Shown here: positions 10,229-19,184 of the stretch, piece after piece
Layout: every line of letters starts with the position of its first letter
How positions within the stretch are numbered: position 1 is the first letter of the stretch
Source: an uncultured bacterium
GTDB lineage: Bacteria > Bipolaricaulota > Bipolaricaulia > RBG-16-55-9 > DRJF01
Assembly: GCA_913053845.1 (NCBI GenBank)
Contig: CAJXGD010000006.1
Span: forward strand, 713 to 64,712
Direction of reading: 5' to 3'
Length of the DNA stretch: 64,000 nt
Made by a program: the position numbers and the translations under genes
The notes under the pieces: generated by a model
What the model was told of the DNA's origin: nothing
The model's database searches: none
The model's input: the letters and a program-made list of their open reading frames with translations, nothing else

Positions 10229-10305
10229 ACGCCCGTAGCTCAGCTGGATAGAGCAGCGGTTTCCTAAACCGCAGGTCGGAGGTTCGAGTCCTCTCGGGCG
10301 TACCA
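10229..10305 (+). tRNA. tRNA-Arg (anticodon CCT), CCA encoded
   Basis: Manually folded cloverleaf: acceptor ACGCCCG/CGGGCGT, D arm GCTC..GAGC, anticodon stem GCGGT/ACCGC with loop TTCCTAA (U33, CCU, A37), T arm GGAGGTTCGAGTCCTCT, 3' ACCA. Confidence 0.85.
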
Positions 10306-10349
10306 GTAGGGGCAAAGCATTCATAGCTAGAAGCGGAACGTGAATGCTT
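10306..10349. repeat. palindromic element GTAGGGGCAAAGCATTCA..TGAATGCTTCGCCCCTAC (REP-like; member of the GTAGGGGC/GCCCCTAC family)
   Basis: 18-bp inverted repeat (one mismatch) with 17-nt loop immediately 3' of tRNA-Arg and 3' of the convergent peroxiredoxin gene; the same arm sequence recurs at 41285-41356. Confidence 0.5.
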
Positions 10350-10363
10350 CGCCCCTACGTTAT

Positions 10364-10951
10364 TTATTTGTAATGCTGCTCGAAGTAGCTGTGTGAGGCT
10401 TGCGGATCACCCTTCATCGTATCCTCGCCCGGATGCCAGTTGGCCGGACAGACTTCGCCGGTACGCTTGACCGTTTGGATCGCCTCCAGCAGGCGCAGCG
10501 TCTCGTCAATGCTGCGCCCGATGCCCAGGTTATTGATCGTCACCTGCTGCACGATGCCCTCATCGTCTATGATGAATAGGCCGCGCAGTGCTACCCCCTT
10601 GTCTGCGATGAGCACATCGTAATCCCGGGCCATCGTCCTCCGGAGGTCCGATAGATGAGGGAAAGGCACCCGGCCTATCCCACCTTCTTTGCGAGGGGTG
10701 TTCTGCCAAGCGAGATGCACATATTGGCTGTCCACCGAGACGGCCAGCACCTCGGTATTGAGTCGCTTGAACTCCTGATGACGATCGGCGAAGGCGATGA
10801 TCTCCGTGGGACAGACGAAGGTGAAATCCATCGGATAAAAGAAGACGATCAGATATTGGCCCCGGTAGTCTGAGAGCTTCACCCGTTGAAACTGACTATC
10901 TACTACGGCGTCCAATTCAAAATCGGGCGCCTTTTGACCGACTAGACTCAT
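10364..10951 (-). CDS. 2-Cys peroxiredoxin (AhpC/Prx1 family)
   Basis: FTFVCPTEI peroxidatic-Cys motif and EVCP resolving-Cys region; start set at [11 protein letters not shown] (the ORF track extends to 10996). Confidence 0.85.
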   Translation of the reverse strand: MSLVGQKAPDFELDAVVDSQFQRVKLSDYRGQYLIVFFYPMDFTFVCPTEIIAFADRHQEFKRLNTEVLAVSVDSQYVHLAWQNTPRKEGGIGRVPFPHLSDLRRTMARDYDVLIADKGVALRGLFIIDDEGIVQQVTINNLGIGRSIDETLRLLEAIQTVKRTGEVCPANWHPGEDTMKGDPQASHSYFEQHYK

Positions 10952-11073
10952 GGGAACCCCCTTTAATCTGTCAGTTGATCGAGGTGGTCGGCCCAACTAG
11001 CGTCTACCACCGCTGGCCGATAAAATAGCACTCCGAAGCATATCTTGCAAGCTGCAGATCCTGAGCACCGCCC

Positions 11074-12489
11074 ATGAAGCTGATCAAGCAAGCCAGAGAG
11101 ACGATCGAGCGCTACCGGATGCTCCGGCGAGGCGACCGGGTCCTGATCGCCCTCTCCGGCGGAGTTGACTCGCTGAGCCTGCTGGAGGTGCTGAGCGAGT
11201 TGCGCGCTGAGCTGGGGCTTTGGCTGGCGATCGCCCATCTCGATCACCAACTGCGACCCGGCTCGGCCCATGATGCGGAGCTCGTGAGGCAGATCGCTCA
11301 GCAGCACGGCCTGCCAGCCATCATCGAGGCGCAAAACGTGCCGGAGTATATTAACAGCCGGCACTGCTCGCCGGAGGAGGGCGCCCGCCAGGTGCGCTAT
11401 CGCTTCTTAGAACGGGCCATGCGGCAACTGGGGGCCAACCGGATCGCCCTGGGCCACAATCGAGACGATCAGGTGGAGACCTTCTTGCTGCGCCTGATCC
11501 GCGGCGCCGGCCCGGCGGGGCTGGCCGGGATGCCGCCGGTGCGCGGTCCCTTCATCCGCCCCCTGATCACCTGCTCCCGCGCAGATATCCTGGCCTTCGC
11601 TCGGCAGCGTCACCTGTCTTACTGCCAGGATCCCACCAACCGCGAGCTGGGACCCCTGCGCAACCGGGTGCGCCAGCAACTGCTGCCCCTGCTGGCCGGC
11701 TATAACCCCCAGATCCGGGAGACGCTCTGGCGCACTCAGCAGCTGCTCGGCCAGCTCGATCGTGATCTGGAAGCGCTGGCCCGACCCTTGCTGGCACGGG
11801 CTACTCTGGTCACGCGACCGGGGGAACTGCTCTTGGACAAGCAGGCCTTGGCTGAACAACCGGATAGCCTGAAGCTACAGACGTTGCGCGCTGCCCTGCG
11901 GCAGGTCCGAGGCGACCTGCGCGGCATCGAAGCGGTCCATCTGGAAGCGCTGCTCGCCGAGTTCAAGCGGCGGCGCTCCGGCGCCCAGATCGAGCTGCCC
12001 GGCGGTTGGCTGGGGGTCAACCGGGGAGCTAAATTCCTGCTGACCCGCGCCGCGCCCAGCGCCCCGGAGCCGCCCGATAGCGGCGAATATTCCTTGCGTG
12101 TGCCCGGCGAGACGGTGTTGCCAAGCCTGGGTTGGCGCTTCCGGACGACGCTGGACCGCCTGGACCATTCGGCGGCAGCCCTGCGATTCAGCGAGCCGGA
12201 GCGGCGTTTGGAAATCGCTCTGGATTACGCTAAGATTAAAAAACCCCTGGCGGTGCGGCTGCGCCGCCAGGGAGATCGGTTTCACCCCTTGGGAATGCAA
12301 GGGACGAAGAAATTGCAGGATTTTTTCGTCGATGAGAAGCTGCCACGGAGCGAGCGGGATCGGACTCCGCTGTTGGTTGATCGCAGCGGGATCGTCTGGG
12401 TGGTCGGCTGGCGCCTGGACGAGGCTTACAAACTCGAGGCGACTACCAGACAGGTCCTGCACATCCGGGCTGCGCTCCTGAGCGCTTGA
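11074..12489 (+). CDS. tilS: tRNA(Ile)-lysidine synthetase
   Basis: 471 aa; PP-loop SGGVDS near the N-terminus (RVLIALSGGVDSLSLL), TilS-length C-terminal substrate-binding region. Confidence 0.8.
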   Translation: MKLIKQARETIERYRMLRRGDRVLIALSGGVDSLSLLEVLSELRAELGLWLAIAHLDHQLRPGSAHDAELVRQIAQQHGLPAIIEAQNVPEYINSRHCSPEEGARQVRYRFLERAMRQLGANRIALGHNRDDQVETFLLRLIRGAGPAGLAGMPPVRGPFIRPLITCSRADILAFARQRHLSYCQDPTNRELGPLRNRVRQQLLPLLAGYNPQIRETLWRTQQLLGQLDRDLEALARPLLARATLVTRPGELLLDKQALAEQPDSLKLQTLRAALRQVRGDLRGIEAVHLEALLAEFKRRRSGAQIELPGGWLGVNRGAKFLLTRAAPSAPEPPDSGEYSLRVPGETVLPSLGWRFRTTLDRLDHSAAALRFSEPERRLEIALDYAKIKKPLAVRLRRQGDRFHPLGMQGTKKLQDFFVDEKLPRSERDRTPLLVDRSGIVWVVGWRLDEAYKLEATTRQVLHIRAALLSA

Positions 12490-12514
12490 GCTAACTTAAG
12501 CTAAGAGGTTCATT

Positions 12515-14158
12515 ATGATGATACTACAGACGATTATCGCTTTTTTTGTCGCGATCAGCTTTCTGGTCTTCATCCACGAGGGAGGACACTTCCTGGTGGC
12601 CAAATGGGTCGGCGTTTGGGTCCATCAGTTCGCCATCGGCTTCGGGCCGGCTTTCCTCCGCTGGCGGGGCCGGGAGACCGAATACTCGTTGCGCATCTTC
12701 CCTGCGGGCGGCTTCGTGCGCATGGCCGGCGATGAGGAACCGGCCGCCGGAGCCAAGAAAGGCTCTGAGCAAGAGCCGGCAGAAGAGCCAGCAGAGCCCC
12801 AGGTGCCTCCGGACCGACTCTTCTCCGCCAAGTCGCCCTGGCAACGCATGGCGATCATCGCCGCCGGGCCGACGATGAATATCATCGGTGCGGTGGTGAT
12901 GATCATCCTGCTGGCCGGTCTGGCCGGGGTGCCTAGCGTGCAGGTCGCCGGCTTCTCCGAGAACTCGCCCGCGGCGGCCGCAGCGATGCAGCCGGGGGAT
13001 ATAATCGTAGCCATCAACGGGCAGCAGATCTATTTCAGTCAACAGGTCAGCCAATTGATCCAGAGCGCCCAAGGCCGTCCACTGACCATCCAGGTGGCGC
13101 GCGGCGCGGAGCGCCGGCAGTTGACGGTCACGCCCTACTGGGACAAGGACCGCGGGCGCTATCTGATTGGCATACTGTTCAACGGCATCCTACTGAACCA
13201 GATCGGGCAACTGGCGACCGACGCGCCCTTGGCCCGGCAGGGCTTGCAGCGCGGCGATGTGATCCTCTCGGTCAACGGGCAACCGATTGATGACTGGTTC
13301 GAGTTTGCCCAGGGTCTGCGCGTGGCCTTGCAAGCCGGAGCAGCCCAGGCCCACCTGCGACTGCTGCGGGGCTCCCAGCTAGTGAAGCAAAGTTTGGACC
13401 TTTCCGCCGGGCCTGCCGATCTGGCTGGCTGGCTGAAGGGCGCCAATCCGGCGCTGATCTCGGTCTATCCCTCGGACAACGTGGTTCAAGAGATAGGTGC
13501 CAAATCGTTTCTGGCCCAACAGGGGCTGCAAAAGGGCGATCGCCTGCTGTCGGCCAATGGGGAGCCCTTGCACAACTTTGTAGACCTGATCTATGCCTTC
13601 GAGCGCACCGGCCAAACCGGGGGGCGGCTGGCGCTGAAGCTCCAGCGTGCAGGCGGCGAGCGGACGCTCCAGTTTAATATCCCTGACCGCAATCCTCAGG
13701 CGATCCTCAAGCTGCTAGGCGGGATGCAGTTGCAGTTGGCGCTGCGCAAACCCTCCGGCCTCTGGCAGAGTCTGGTGGTGGGCTTCCGCGAGACCTGGGA
13801 CATTCTGGTAACTTTCTATCAGGGGATGCGCTCCATCATCGTGGGTAAGACGCCGGCCAGCAAGGCGCTGAGCGGCCCGGTAGGAATAGCCAATATTCTC
13901 GGCAAGAGCCTGCAGCAAGGGCTGGTGAGCTTCCTCTTCCTGATCGCGCTGCTCAGCCTCAATTTGGGCATCATCAACCTGGTGCCCTTTCCGGCACTCG
14001 ACGGCAGCCGGATTCTCTTCATCTTCTACGAGCTGGTGCGCGGCAAGCCCATCCCGGCGGAGAAGGAAGGGTGGATACATGCGATAGGCTTCTTCGTGCT
14101 GATTGGCCTATTGCTGCTGATCACCTATAACGACATTTTGCGCCTGTTGGGCCAGTGA
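12515..14158 (+). CDS. rseP: RIP zinc metalloprotease (site-2 protease, RseP family) with PDZ domains
   Basis: 547 aa; HEGGH zinc motif in the first TM helix, two or more PDZ-like repeats in the middle, C-terminal LDG motif (PFPALDGSRIL). Confidence 0.8.
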   Translation: MMILQTIIAFFVAISFLVFIHEGGHFLVAKWVGVWVHQFAIGFGPAFLRWRGRETEYSLRIFPAGGFVRMAGDEEPAAGAKKGSEQEPAEEPAEPQVPPDRLFSAKSPWQRMAIIAAGPTMNIIGAVVMIILLAGLAGVPSVQVAGFSENSPAAAAAMQPGDIIVAINGQQIYFSQQVSQLIQSAQGRPLTIQVARGAERRQLTVTPYWDKDRGRYLIGILFNGILLNQIGQLATDAPLARQGLQRGDVILSVNGQPIDDWFEFAQGLRVALQAGAAQAHLRLLRGSQLVKQSLDLSAGPADLAGWLKGANPALISVYPSDNVVQEIGAKSFLAQQGLQKGDRLLSANGEPLHNFVDLIYAFERTGQTGGRLALKLQRAGGERTLQFNIPDRNPQAILKLLGGMQLQLALRKPSGLWQSLVVGFRETWDILVTFYQGMRSIIVGKTPASKALSGPVGIANILGKSLQQGLVSFLFLIALLSLNLGIINLVPFPALDGSRILFIFYELVRGKPIPAEKEGWIHAIGFFVLIGLLLLITYNDILRLLGQ

Positions 14159-14261
14159 AGCAGAGATCTGGAAATATCGTACAAGTTTAGCGTTCATCAG
14201 TCACGGGAATTCAACCTCCAGGGGTGACTGCTGGAGTTGAAGCGGTGGTAGCCTACCGGCG

Positions 14262-14624
14262 GTGGTAAGCACCTGCATCTTCGAGTTCATTCGGCAGAAT
14301 GTCAACCAAGATGCCGTTGATGTGATCTACTCTGACGAATGGGGCGGTTACCGGATGCTGAAGCGCTATATGCCTCATAGGATGATCCACCACCGCATCA
14401 CCTTCGTTGACGGTCCAATCCACACTAACACTATCGAGAGCTTTTGGTCGCTCCTGGAGCGTGGGATTGTTGGGGTGTTTCATCATATCTCTATCAAACA
14501 TCTTGATCGCTACCTCGCTGAGTTCTCTTGGCGGTTTGATAACCGCAAGGCTGAGGACATTCTCGATGCTATCATGTGCAACGTCGAAAGAAAGCACTCG
14601 GGATATGCAGAGCTAATCGCGTGA
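14262..14624 (+). pseudogene. IS1595-family (ISXO2-like) transposase, C-terminal fragment only
   Basis: 120 aa matching the C-terminal DDE_Tnp_IS1595 region (..HTNTIESFWSLLERGIVGVFHHISIKHLDRYLAEFSWRFDNRK..); the N-terminal ~200 aa of a full transposase are absent. Confidence 0.6.
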
Positions 14625-14885
14625 CTTGCTTGCTGCCCTAATACTGATGACGCCGACTAACGCCCCAATGATCAGTTCTACTGCGTTGGTGAGAACGATG
14701 ATTAGAGTGTTCTGGTTGGGAGTGGGACCCTTCCACCACTCATCCAATATGACAAGAAGGACGACGAGACCAACGGCGAGCCATTGCAGAAATCTAATTA
14801 CACTCTTAGCTTCTGGGGGAAGTGTCGGCTCGATGTCGGGACTCATATTGCTCTTTTGTATAGACTGTCGCGTGCTCATGATCAA
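14613..14885 (-). CDS. hypothetical small membrane protein
   Basis: 90 aa with two clear hydrophobic helices (LQWLAVGLVVLLVIL; LIIVLTNAVELIIGALVGVISI); competes with overlapping plus-strand ORF 14626-15072, which looks less protein-like. Confidence 0.3.
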   Translation of the reverse strand: MIMSTRQSIQKSNMSPDIEPTLPPEAKSVIRFLQWLAVGLVVLLVILDEWWKGPTPNQNTLIIVLTNAVELIIGALVGVISIRAASKSRD

Positions 14886-15239
14886 TAATGCTCTCAGTAT
14901 GAGGATACCGGAAAGAATGCCACCATATAAGCCCCATCATTTTCAGCATCTTAGCTATGGATATGAAGGGCCTAGCAATCACGGTATCGCCCTCTTGTCC
15001 CCTTGGGGAAGGCTTGGGGATGGGGTTCTGCAAGAGCGTGACCCGTCCATTGTAAGATGGTGGAGACTTTGAGAGTCCAGTCTCAATCTGATCGTATATT
15101 CCCATGAATGACGAGGCTTCATAGCAGATCCCCGACAAACTTGGAGAATCCGAAGCTGTGGTTAGTCCATCTCTTAGCAATGCAGTCCCATTTTTCATCT
15201 TGGCGGCGGTGCAGGTGGTGGCCCGCTATCCAGCAACCG

Positions 15240-15590
15240 CTAATGCTCCTCTTGATATTGGTTCCAATAGCTCTGAAGCACATCCATAATCTCTCGCATC
15301 GTTTGAACAGACACGTGGATTCGCGCGACACACTTGGCATCCACAGTAACATTGGGGTTCTCTCGAAGTATCTTGCGCTCCTCTGCGGTGCTCGCAAGTG
15401 GAGGATACAGCTCGAAGAACGAGAGAATGAAATCGGCATCGCTTGACTGAATAGCAAAATGCGTCGCGTATTTCCCTTCAAGACCATCAGGAAACACGAA
15501 TTCAATAGGCCTCATCACTTGAACAGCCTTCTTTTTCTGAACAACTTGGGAAGCTGTCCTTTCCTCTGCTGATTCAGCCATCCTAATCAC
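15240..15590 (-). CDS. DUF3467-family protein (hypothetical)
   Basis: 116 aa; blocks EGKYATHFAIQSSDADFILSFFELYP and AKCVARIHVSVQTMREIMDVLQSYWNQYQ match my recollection of the DUF3467 pattern (G.Y.N.A.I.HS.SEF.LDF ... A.V.SRI.LTP.HAKRLL.AL..NI.KYE). Confidence 0.45.
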   Translation of the reverse strand: MIRMAESAEERTASQVVQKKKAVQVMRPIEFVFPDGLEGKYATHFAIQSSDADFILSFFELYPPLASTAEERKILRENPNVTVDAKCVARIHVSVQTMREIMDVLQSYWNQYQEEH

Positions 15591-15598
15591 CTATAATT

Positions 15599-15628
15599 AG
15601 TATACTGCAGGCTGCTAGGCGTTGTCAA
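15599..15628 (-). promoter_or_regulatory. sigma70-like promoter (minus strand TTGACA-18-TATACT) for the DUF3467 gene; would give a leaderless or very short leader mRNA
   Basis: Plus-strand TGTCAA at 15623-15628 and AGTATA at 15599-15604. Confidence 0.3.
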
Positions 15629-15763
15629 TACGTACAAAGTTATGCCTCCCCTTCATAAACCTGACTAGCCCGACAGACATTCATCACCTCGCGCCTAGCA
15701 CGCTTGCAATCGGCGCTCCCGTGCGTCAAAAAGAATTTCCAAATCTCTGCTAAAATTGGGGCG

Positions 15764-15792
15764 TTGACAACTGGCCGGCTCGCGATTATCAT
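15764..15792 (+). promoter_or_regulatory. sigma70-like promoter for tRNA-Gln (TTGACA-17-TATCAT)
   Basis: Perfect -35 TTGACA at 15764-15769, 17-nt spacer, -10 TATCAT at 15787-15792, ~13 nt before the tRNA 5' end. Confidence 0.45.
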
Positions 15793-15805
15793 AAGGGCAG
15801 TTCAG

Positions 15806-15879
15806 TGGGAGATCGTCTAATGGCAGGACGACGGGTTCTGGTCCCGTTAGTGGGGGTTCGAATCCTCCTCTCCCAGCCA
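15806..15879 (+). tRNA. tRNA-Gln (anticodon CTG), CCA encoded
   Basis: Acceptor TGGGAGA/TCTCCCA (U1-A72 as in bacterial tRNA-Gln), anticodon stem ACGGG/CCCGT loop TTCTGGT (U33, CUG, G37), T arm GGGGGTTCGAATCCTCC, GCCA 3' end. Confidence 0.8.
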
Positions 15880-15890
15880 GAGTGATACTG

Positions 15891-17645
15891 ATGACCCAGT
15901 TAATCCAAGGAGAAGTCTTCGTCGTCGGTGATGACGTCAACACCGATGAGATCATCCCTGCCCACTACTGTACCACCACCGATTTAGACAGCCTGGGCAC
16001 CCACGCCCTGGAAGACCTGCACCCGAGCAAAAACCCCTCAGGTGAGCCCTTTCGCCCCGGACGGTATCGGCTGCTGATCGCCGGGGAGAACTTCGGCTGC
16101 GGCAGCTCGCGCGAGGTGGCCCCCATCGCCTTGGCCAAGGCTGGCATCGAGGTGATCTTGGCCAAATCGTTCGGCCGGATCTTCTATAATAACGCGATCA
16201 ATTGGGGCCTAGCCATCTCCCGCGCCCGCCACTTGGTCCCGGACGACGTCCGGACCGGCCAAACGGTCGAGATAGACTTGGATGATGAGACTTTCTGGCA
16301 GGATATGGCCCCTCTCCACCGCCAGATCATCCAGGCCGGGGGACTGACCGCCTTTAATAAGCAGGGCAAAGAGATCCATCAGCCCAGCGCCCCGCCGCGC
16401 CCCATGACCCTGGCAGAAAAGATCCTGGCCCGAGCGGCCGGGGTCCAGTATGTCCAGCCCGGGATGCTTCTCTCCGCCGAGGTGGATCGGGTGATCACCC
16501 ATGAGCTGACCCTGCCGGTCGCCGCCGAGCAGCTCTACCAGGCTTACGGAGCAGATTTTCGCGTTAAAGATACGGAGAAAATCCTGTTCGTCGCCGATCA
16601 CACCCTCCAGATTCCCCTGGTCCGCGACGATTGGGAATCCCAGCAGATGGTGCAAAAAGCCTTGGTCTTCGTCAAGGAGCAAAAGCTGCCCCACGCCTTC
16701 CTGCCCCCGGCGCCCTTCATCAGCCAGGGTATTTGTCACGTGCTCTTTCCGGAAAAAGGGCTCATCAGACCGGACACGCTGGTAGTGGGGACCGACTCGC
16801 ATAGCTGCACCTACGGAGCCTTTGGCTGCTTCGCCTTTGGCATCGGCAACACTGATTTAACCGAGATCATGGTCTCCGGCAAGCTCTTGGTGAACGTGCC
16901 GCAGACGGTTCAAGTGGAGCTCAGCGGCCGTCTGCCGCGCGGGGTCTACGCCAAAGATGTAATTTTATATATCCTAAGCGAAGTGGGACAGAACGGTTTT
17001 ACCAACTCGGTGGTGGAGTTCAGCGGACCGGCCTTGGAGTTCCTCAGCAGCGACGATCGCTCGACCATCGCCAACATGACGGTGGAAGGTGGGGCAAGTT
17101 GTGGGATCTTTCCCGTAGGCCGGTTGCGCTCCGACCCCGATGCCGTATATCTGAAAAAGCTTTCCTTCGATCTCGCTGGGCTGGTACCCTACGTGGCCCC
17201 GCCCTACAAGCCGGATAACGGGATGCCGCTGAGTGAGCTGGACCATCCGGTGAAGATAGACACGGCCTGGGTGGGTAGCTGCACCGGAGGCAAGCTGGAG
17301 GATGTGGCGGCGGCGGCAGCTGTGATGAGCGGCCGGCGAGTTGCATCCGGAGTGCGTTTCATACTCTCGCCGGCGACGATGGGCATCTGGGAGGAGGCCG
17401 GCCGCCGGGGCTATTCGCGCGAGCTGCTGGCCGCCGGAGTGCAACTCTTCCCCTCCTCCTGCGGGGCCTGCATCGCCATGGGTCCGGGGGCGCTCAGCGA
17501 TGAGCAGCAGGTGGGCGTCTTCGCCTCCAATCGCAACTTCAAGGGGCGCGCGGGCAAGGGGCGAGTTTACCTGGCTTCACCGGCCACGGTGGCCGCTTCG
17601 GCGATCGCCGGTGAGATCGCTGACCCGCGGCAGTATTTGGCTTAG
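15891..17645 (+). CDS. aconitase-family hydro-lyase with fused small (LeuD-like swivel, N-terminal) and large (LeuC-like, C-terminal) domains
   Basis: N-terminus VVGDDVNTDEIIP..GENFGCGSSRE (LeuD/swivel signature); C-terminal part with VGTDSHSCTYGAFG, VGSCTGGKLED and ASNRNFKGRAG Fe-S cluster-binding motifs of the LeuC/aconitase catalytic domain. Start taken at the ATG (MTQLIQ); an upstream GTG at 15882 is possible. Confidence 0.7.
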   Translation: MTQLIQGEVFVVGDDVNTDEIIPAHYCTTTDLDSLGTHALEDLHPSKNPSGEPFRPGRYRLLIAGENFGCGSSREVAPIALAKAGIEVILAKSFGRIFYNNAINWGLAISRARHLVPDDVRTGQTVEIDLDDETFWQDMAPLHRQIIQAGGLTAFNKQGKEIHQPSAPPRPMTLAEKILARAAGVQYVQPGMLLSAEVDRVITHELTLPVAAEQLYQAYGADFRVKDTEKILFVADHTLQIPLVRDDWESQQMVQKALVFVKEQKLPHAFLPPAPFISQGICHVLFPEKGLIRPDTLVVGTDSHSCTYGAFGCFAFGIGNTDLTEIMVSGKLLVNVPQTVQVELSGRLPRGVYAKDVILYILSEVGQNGFTNSVVEFSGPALEFLSSDDRSTIANMTVEGGASCGIFPVGRLRSDPDAVYLKKLSFDLAGLVPYVAPPYKPDNGMPLSELDHPVKIDTAWVGSCTGGKLEDVAAAAAVMSGRRVASGVRFILSPATMGIWEEAGRRGYSRELLAAGVQLFPSSCGACIAMGPGALSDEQQVGVFASNRNFKGRAGKGRVYLASPATVAASAIAGEIADPRQYLA

Positions 17646-17651
17646 GGCACC

Positions 17652-18140
17652 ATGCGCCTGGCAATCTATCCCGGCAGTTTCGATCCGATCACCAACGGCC
17701 ACCTCGACATCATTCGGCGGGCCCAGCGGCTCTTCGACCGGCTGATCGTGGCGGTGATGGCCAACCCCAGCAAGCATCCTCTCTTTACGCTGGAGGAGCG
17801 TCGCCGGTTGGTGGAGCGCTCGCTCCAAGAGAGGAACATACACGAGGTGGAGGTGATCGCCCGCGACTGTCTGCTAATTGGCCTGGCGCGGGAGCTGGGA
17901 GCGGCGGCGATCATCCGCGGCCTGCGCATCACCTCTGACTTCGAGAACGAGTTCCAGACGGCGCTGACCAACCGGGATTTGGACTCGAGCATCGAGAGCG
18001 TCTATCTGATGACCAACCGGGATTATTCATTCATCAGCTCCAGCATCGTCAAGGAGGTTAAGCGCTACGGCGCAGAGGTCTCGCGCTTCGTGCCGCAGGT
18101 CGTCGAGCGGGCGCTGGGAGAGAAGTTCCAAAAAGTTTAA
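17652..18140 (+). CDS. coaD: phosphopantetheine adenylyltransferase
   Basis: 162 aa; YPGSFDPITNGHLDII nucleotidyltransferase HxGH-class motif at the N-terminus. Confidence 0.85.
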   Translation: MRLAIYPGSFDPITNGHLDIIRRAQRLFDRLIVAVMANPSKHPLFTLEERRRLVERSLQERNIHEVEVIARDCLLIGLARELGAAAIIRGLRITSDFENEFQTALTNRDLDSSIESVYLMTNRDYSFISSSIVKEVKRYGAEVSRFVPQVVERALGEKFQKV

Positions 18141-18182
18141 TAGAGCGTTTCCTCTCCCAGGTAGATCAGCTAACCGGTGCTA

Positions 18183-19184
18183 TTACCAGCGCAGCACGAC
18201 CGCCCCATAGGTCACTCCGGCGCCAAAGGCGTTGAGTACAATCAGGTCCCCCGGCTTGATCCGCCCGTCGGCGACGGCCTCGCTGAGCGCCAGTGGGATC
18301 GAAGCGGTGGAGGTGTTGGCGTAGCGGTCAATGTTGACGATGATTTTGGCCATCGGGAGGCCATAGCGCTTGGCAAAGGCTTTGATGATGCGCAAGTTAG
18401 CCTGATGCGGTACCACCCAGTCCACTTCATCTTTGGAGCAGCCGGCGGCCGCCAATGCTTGGGTGGTGCTCTGCTCCATCATCTCTACCGCACTTTTGAA
18501 GACCCCTCCGCCGCTCATCTTGAGATAGTGCATGCCCTTGGCCAGGGTCTCCGGGCTGGCGGGATATTTGATGCCCCCACCGGGCATGTGCAGCAGATCC
18601 CATTTGGAGCTGTCGGCCGCCAGTGCAGAGGCTAAGATCCCACGTCCCTCCGGCATGAGCTCCACCACCGCTGCACCGGCGGCGTCGCCGAACAGCACGC
18701 AAGTAGAGCGATCGCTCCAGTCGGTAAAGCGCGAGAGCGCCTCGAGACCCACGACCAGCACTCGGCGGTACTGGCCGGCGGAGATCAGCCCGGCAGCCAC
18801 GCTGAGAGCGTAGATGAAGCCGGTGCAACCGGCGATCAGATCGAAGAAGGGCACCTTGCGCTCCATTTGTAACCCCTGGCAGATAAAAGCAGAAGAGCCG
18901 GGCACCGGCATCTCCGCCAAGTTGGTCGCGGTGATCAGCAGCTCGATCTCTTCCAGGCCGACTCCGGCCCGAGCGATGGCCTGCCGAGCCGCTCCCACAC
19001 CCAACTGGGCCGGGTCCTCATCTTTTCTGAGAATATGGCGCTCATGGATGCCGGTGCGGCTGACGATCCATTGGTCGGTGGTAGCTACCCGCTTTTCCAG
19101 ATCGGCATTGGTCAGGACCAGCTCCGGGACGGCCGCGCCGATGCCGGCTATGCCGGGACGCAGTGAGGGAGCAGCACGGCTCAC
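18183..19184 (-). CDS. fabH: 3-oxoacyl-ACP synthase III
   Basis: 333 aa; active-site Cys in AGCTGFIYAL, His in VPHQANLRII, Asn in NTSTASIP; directly downstream of plsX on the same strand. Confidence 0.85.
   Translation of the reverse strand: MSRAAPSLRPGIAGIGAAVPELVLTNADLEKRVATTDQWIVSRTGIHERHILRKDEDPAQLGVGAARQAIARAGVGLEEIELLITATNLAEMPVPGSSAFICQGLQMERKVPFFDLIAGCTGFIYALSVAAGLISAGQYRRVLVVGLEALSRFTDWSDRSTCVLFGDAAGAAVVELMPEGRGILASALAADSSKWDLLHMPGGGIKYPASPETLAKGMHYLKMSGGGVFKSAVEMMEQSTTQALAAAGCSKDEVDWVVPHQANLRIIKAFAKRYGLPMAKIIVNIDRYANTSTASIPLALSEAVADGRIKPGDLIVLNAFGAGVTYGAVVLRW

Larger units (their letters stand above)
14160..15800. mobile_element. low-GC accessory islet between rseP and tRNA-Gln (degraded IS plus cargo)
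   Basis: Visibly AT-richer than flanks (roughly 45-50% vs ~63% GC by eye); contains an IS1595-type transposase C-terminal fragment, a small membrane ORF and a DUF3467-like gene; ends at the tRNA-Gln promoter. Confidence 0.4.

Noticed and set aside
14160-15880. Integrated prophage or integrative element at tRNA-Gln
   Set aside because: No integrase, no phage structural genes and no direct repeat of the tRNA 3' end; the islet is only ~1.6 kb with a transposase fragment, so it is better described as an IS remnant with cargo.
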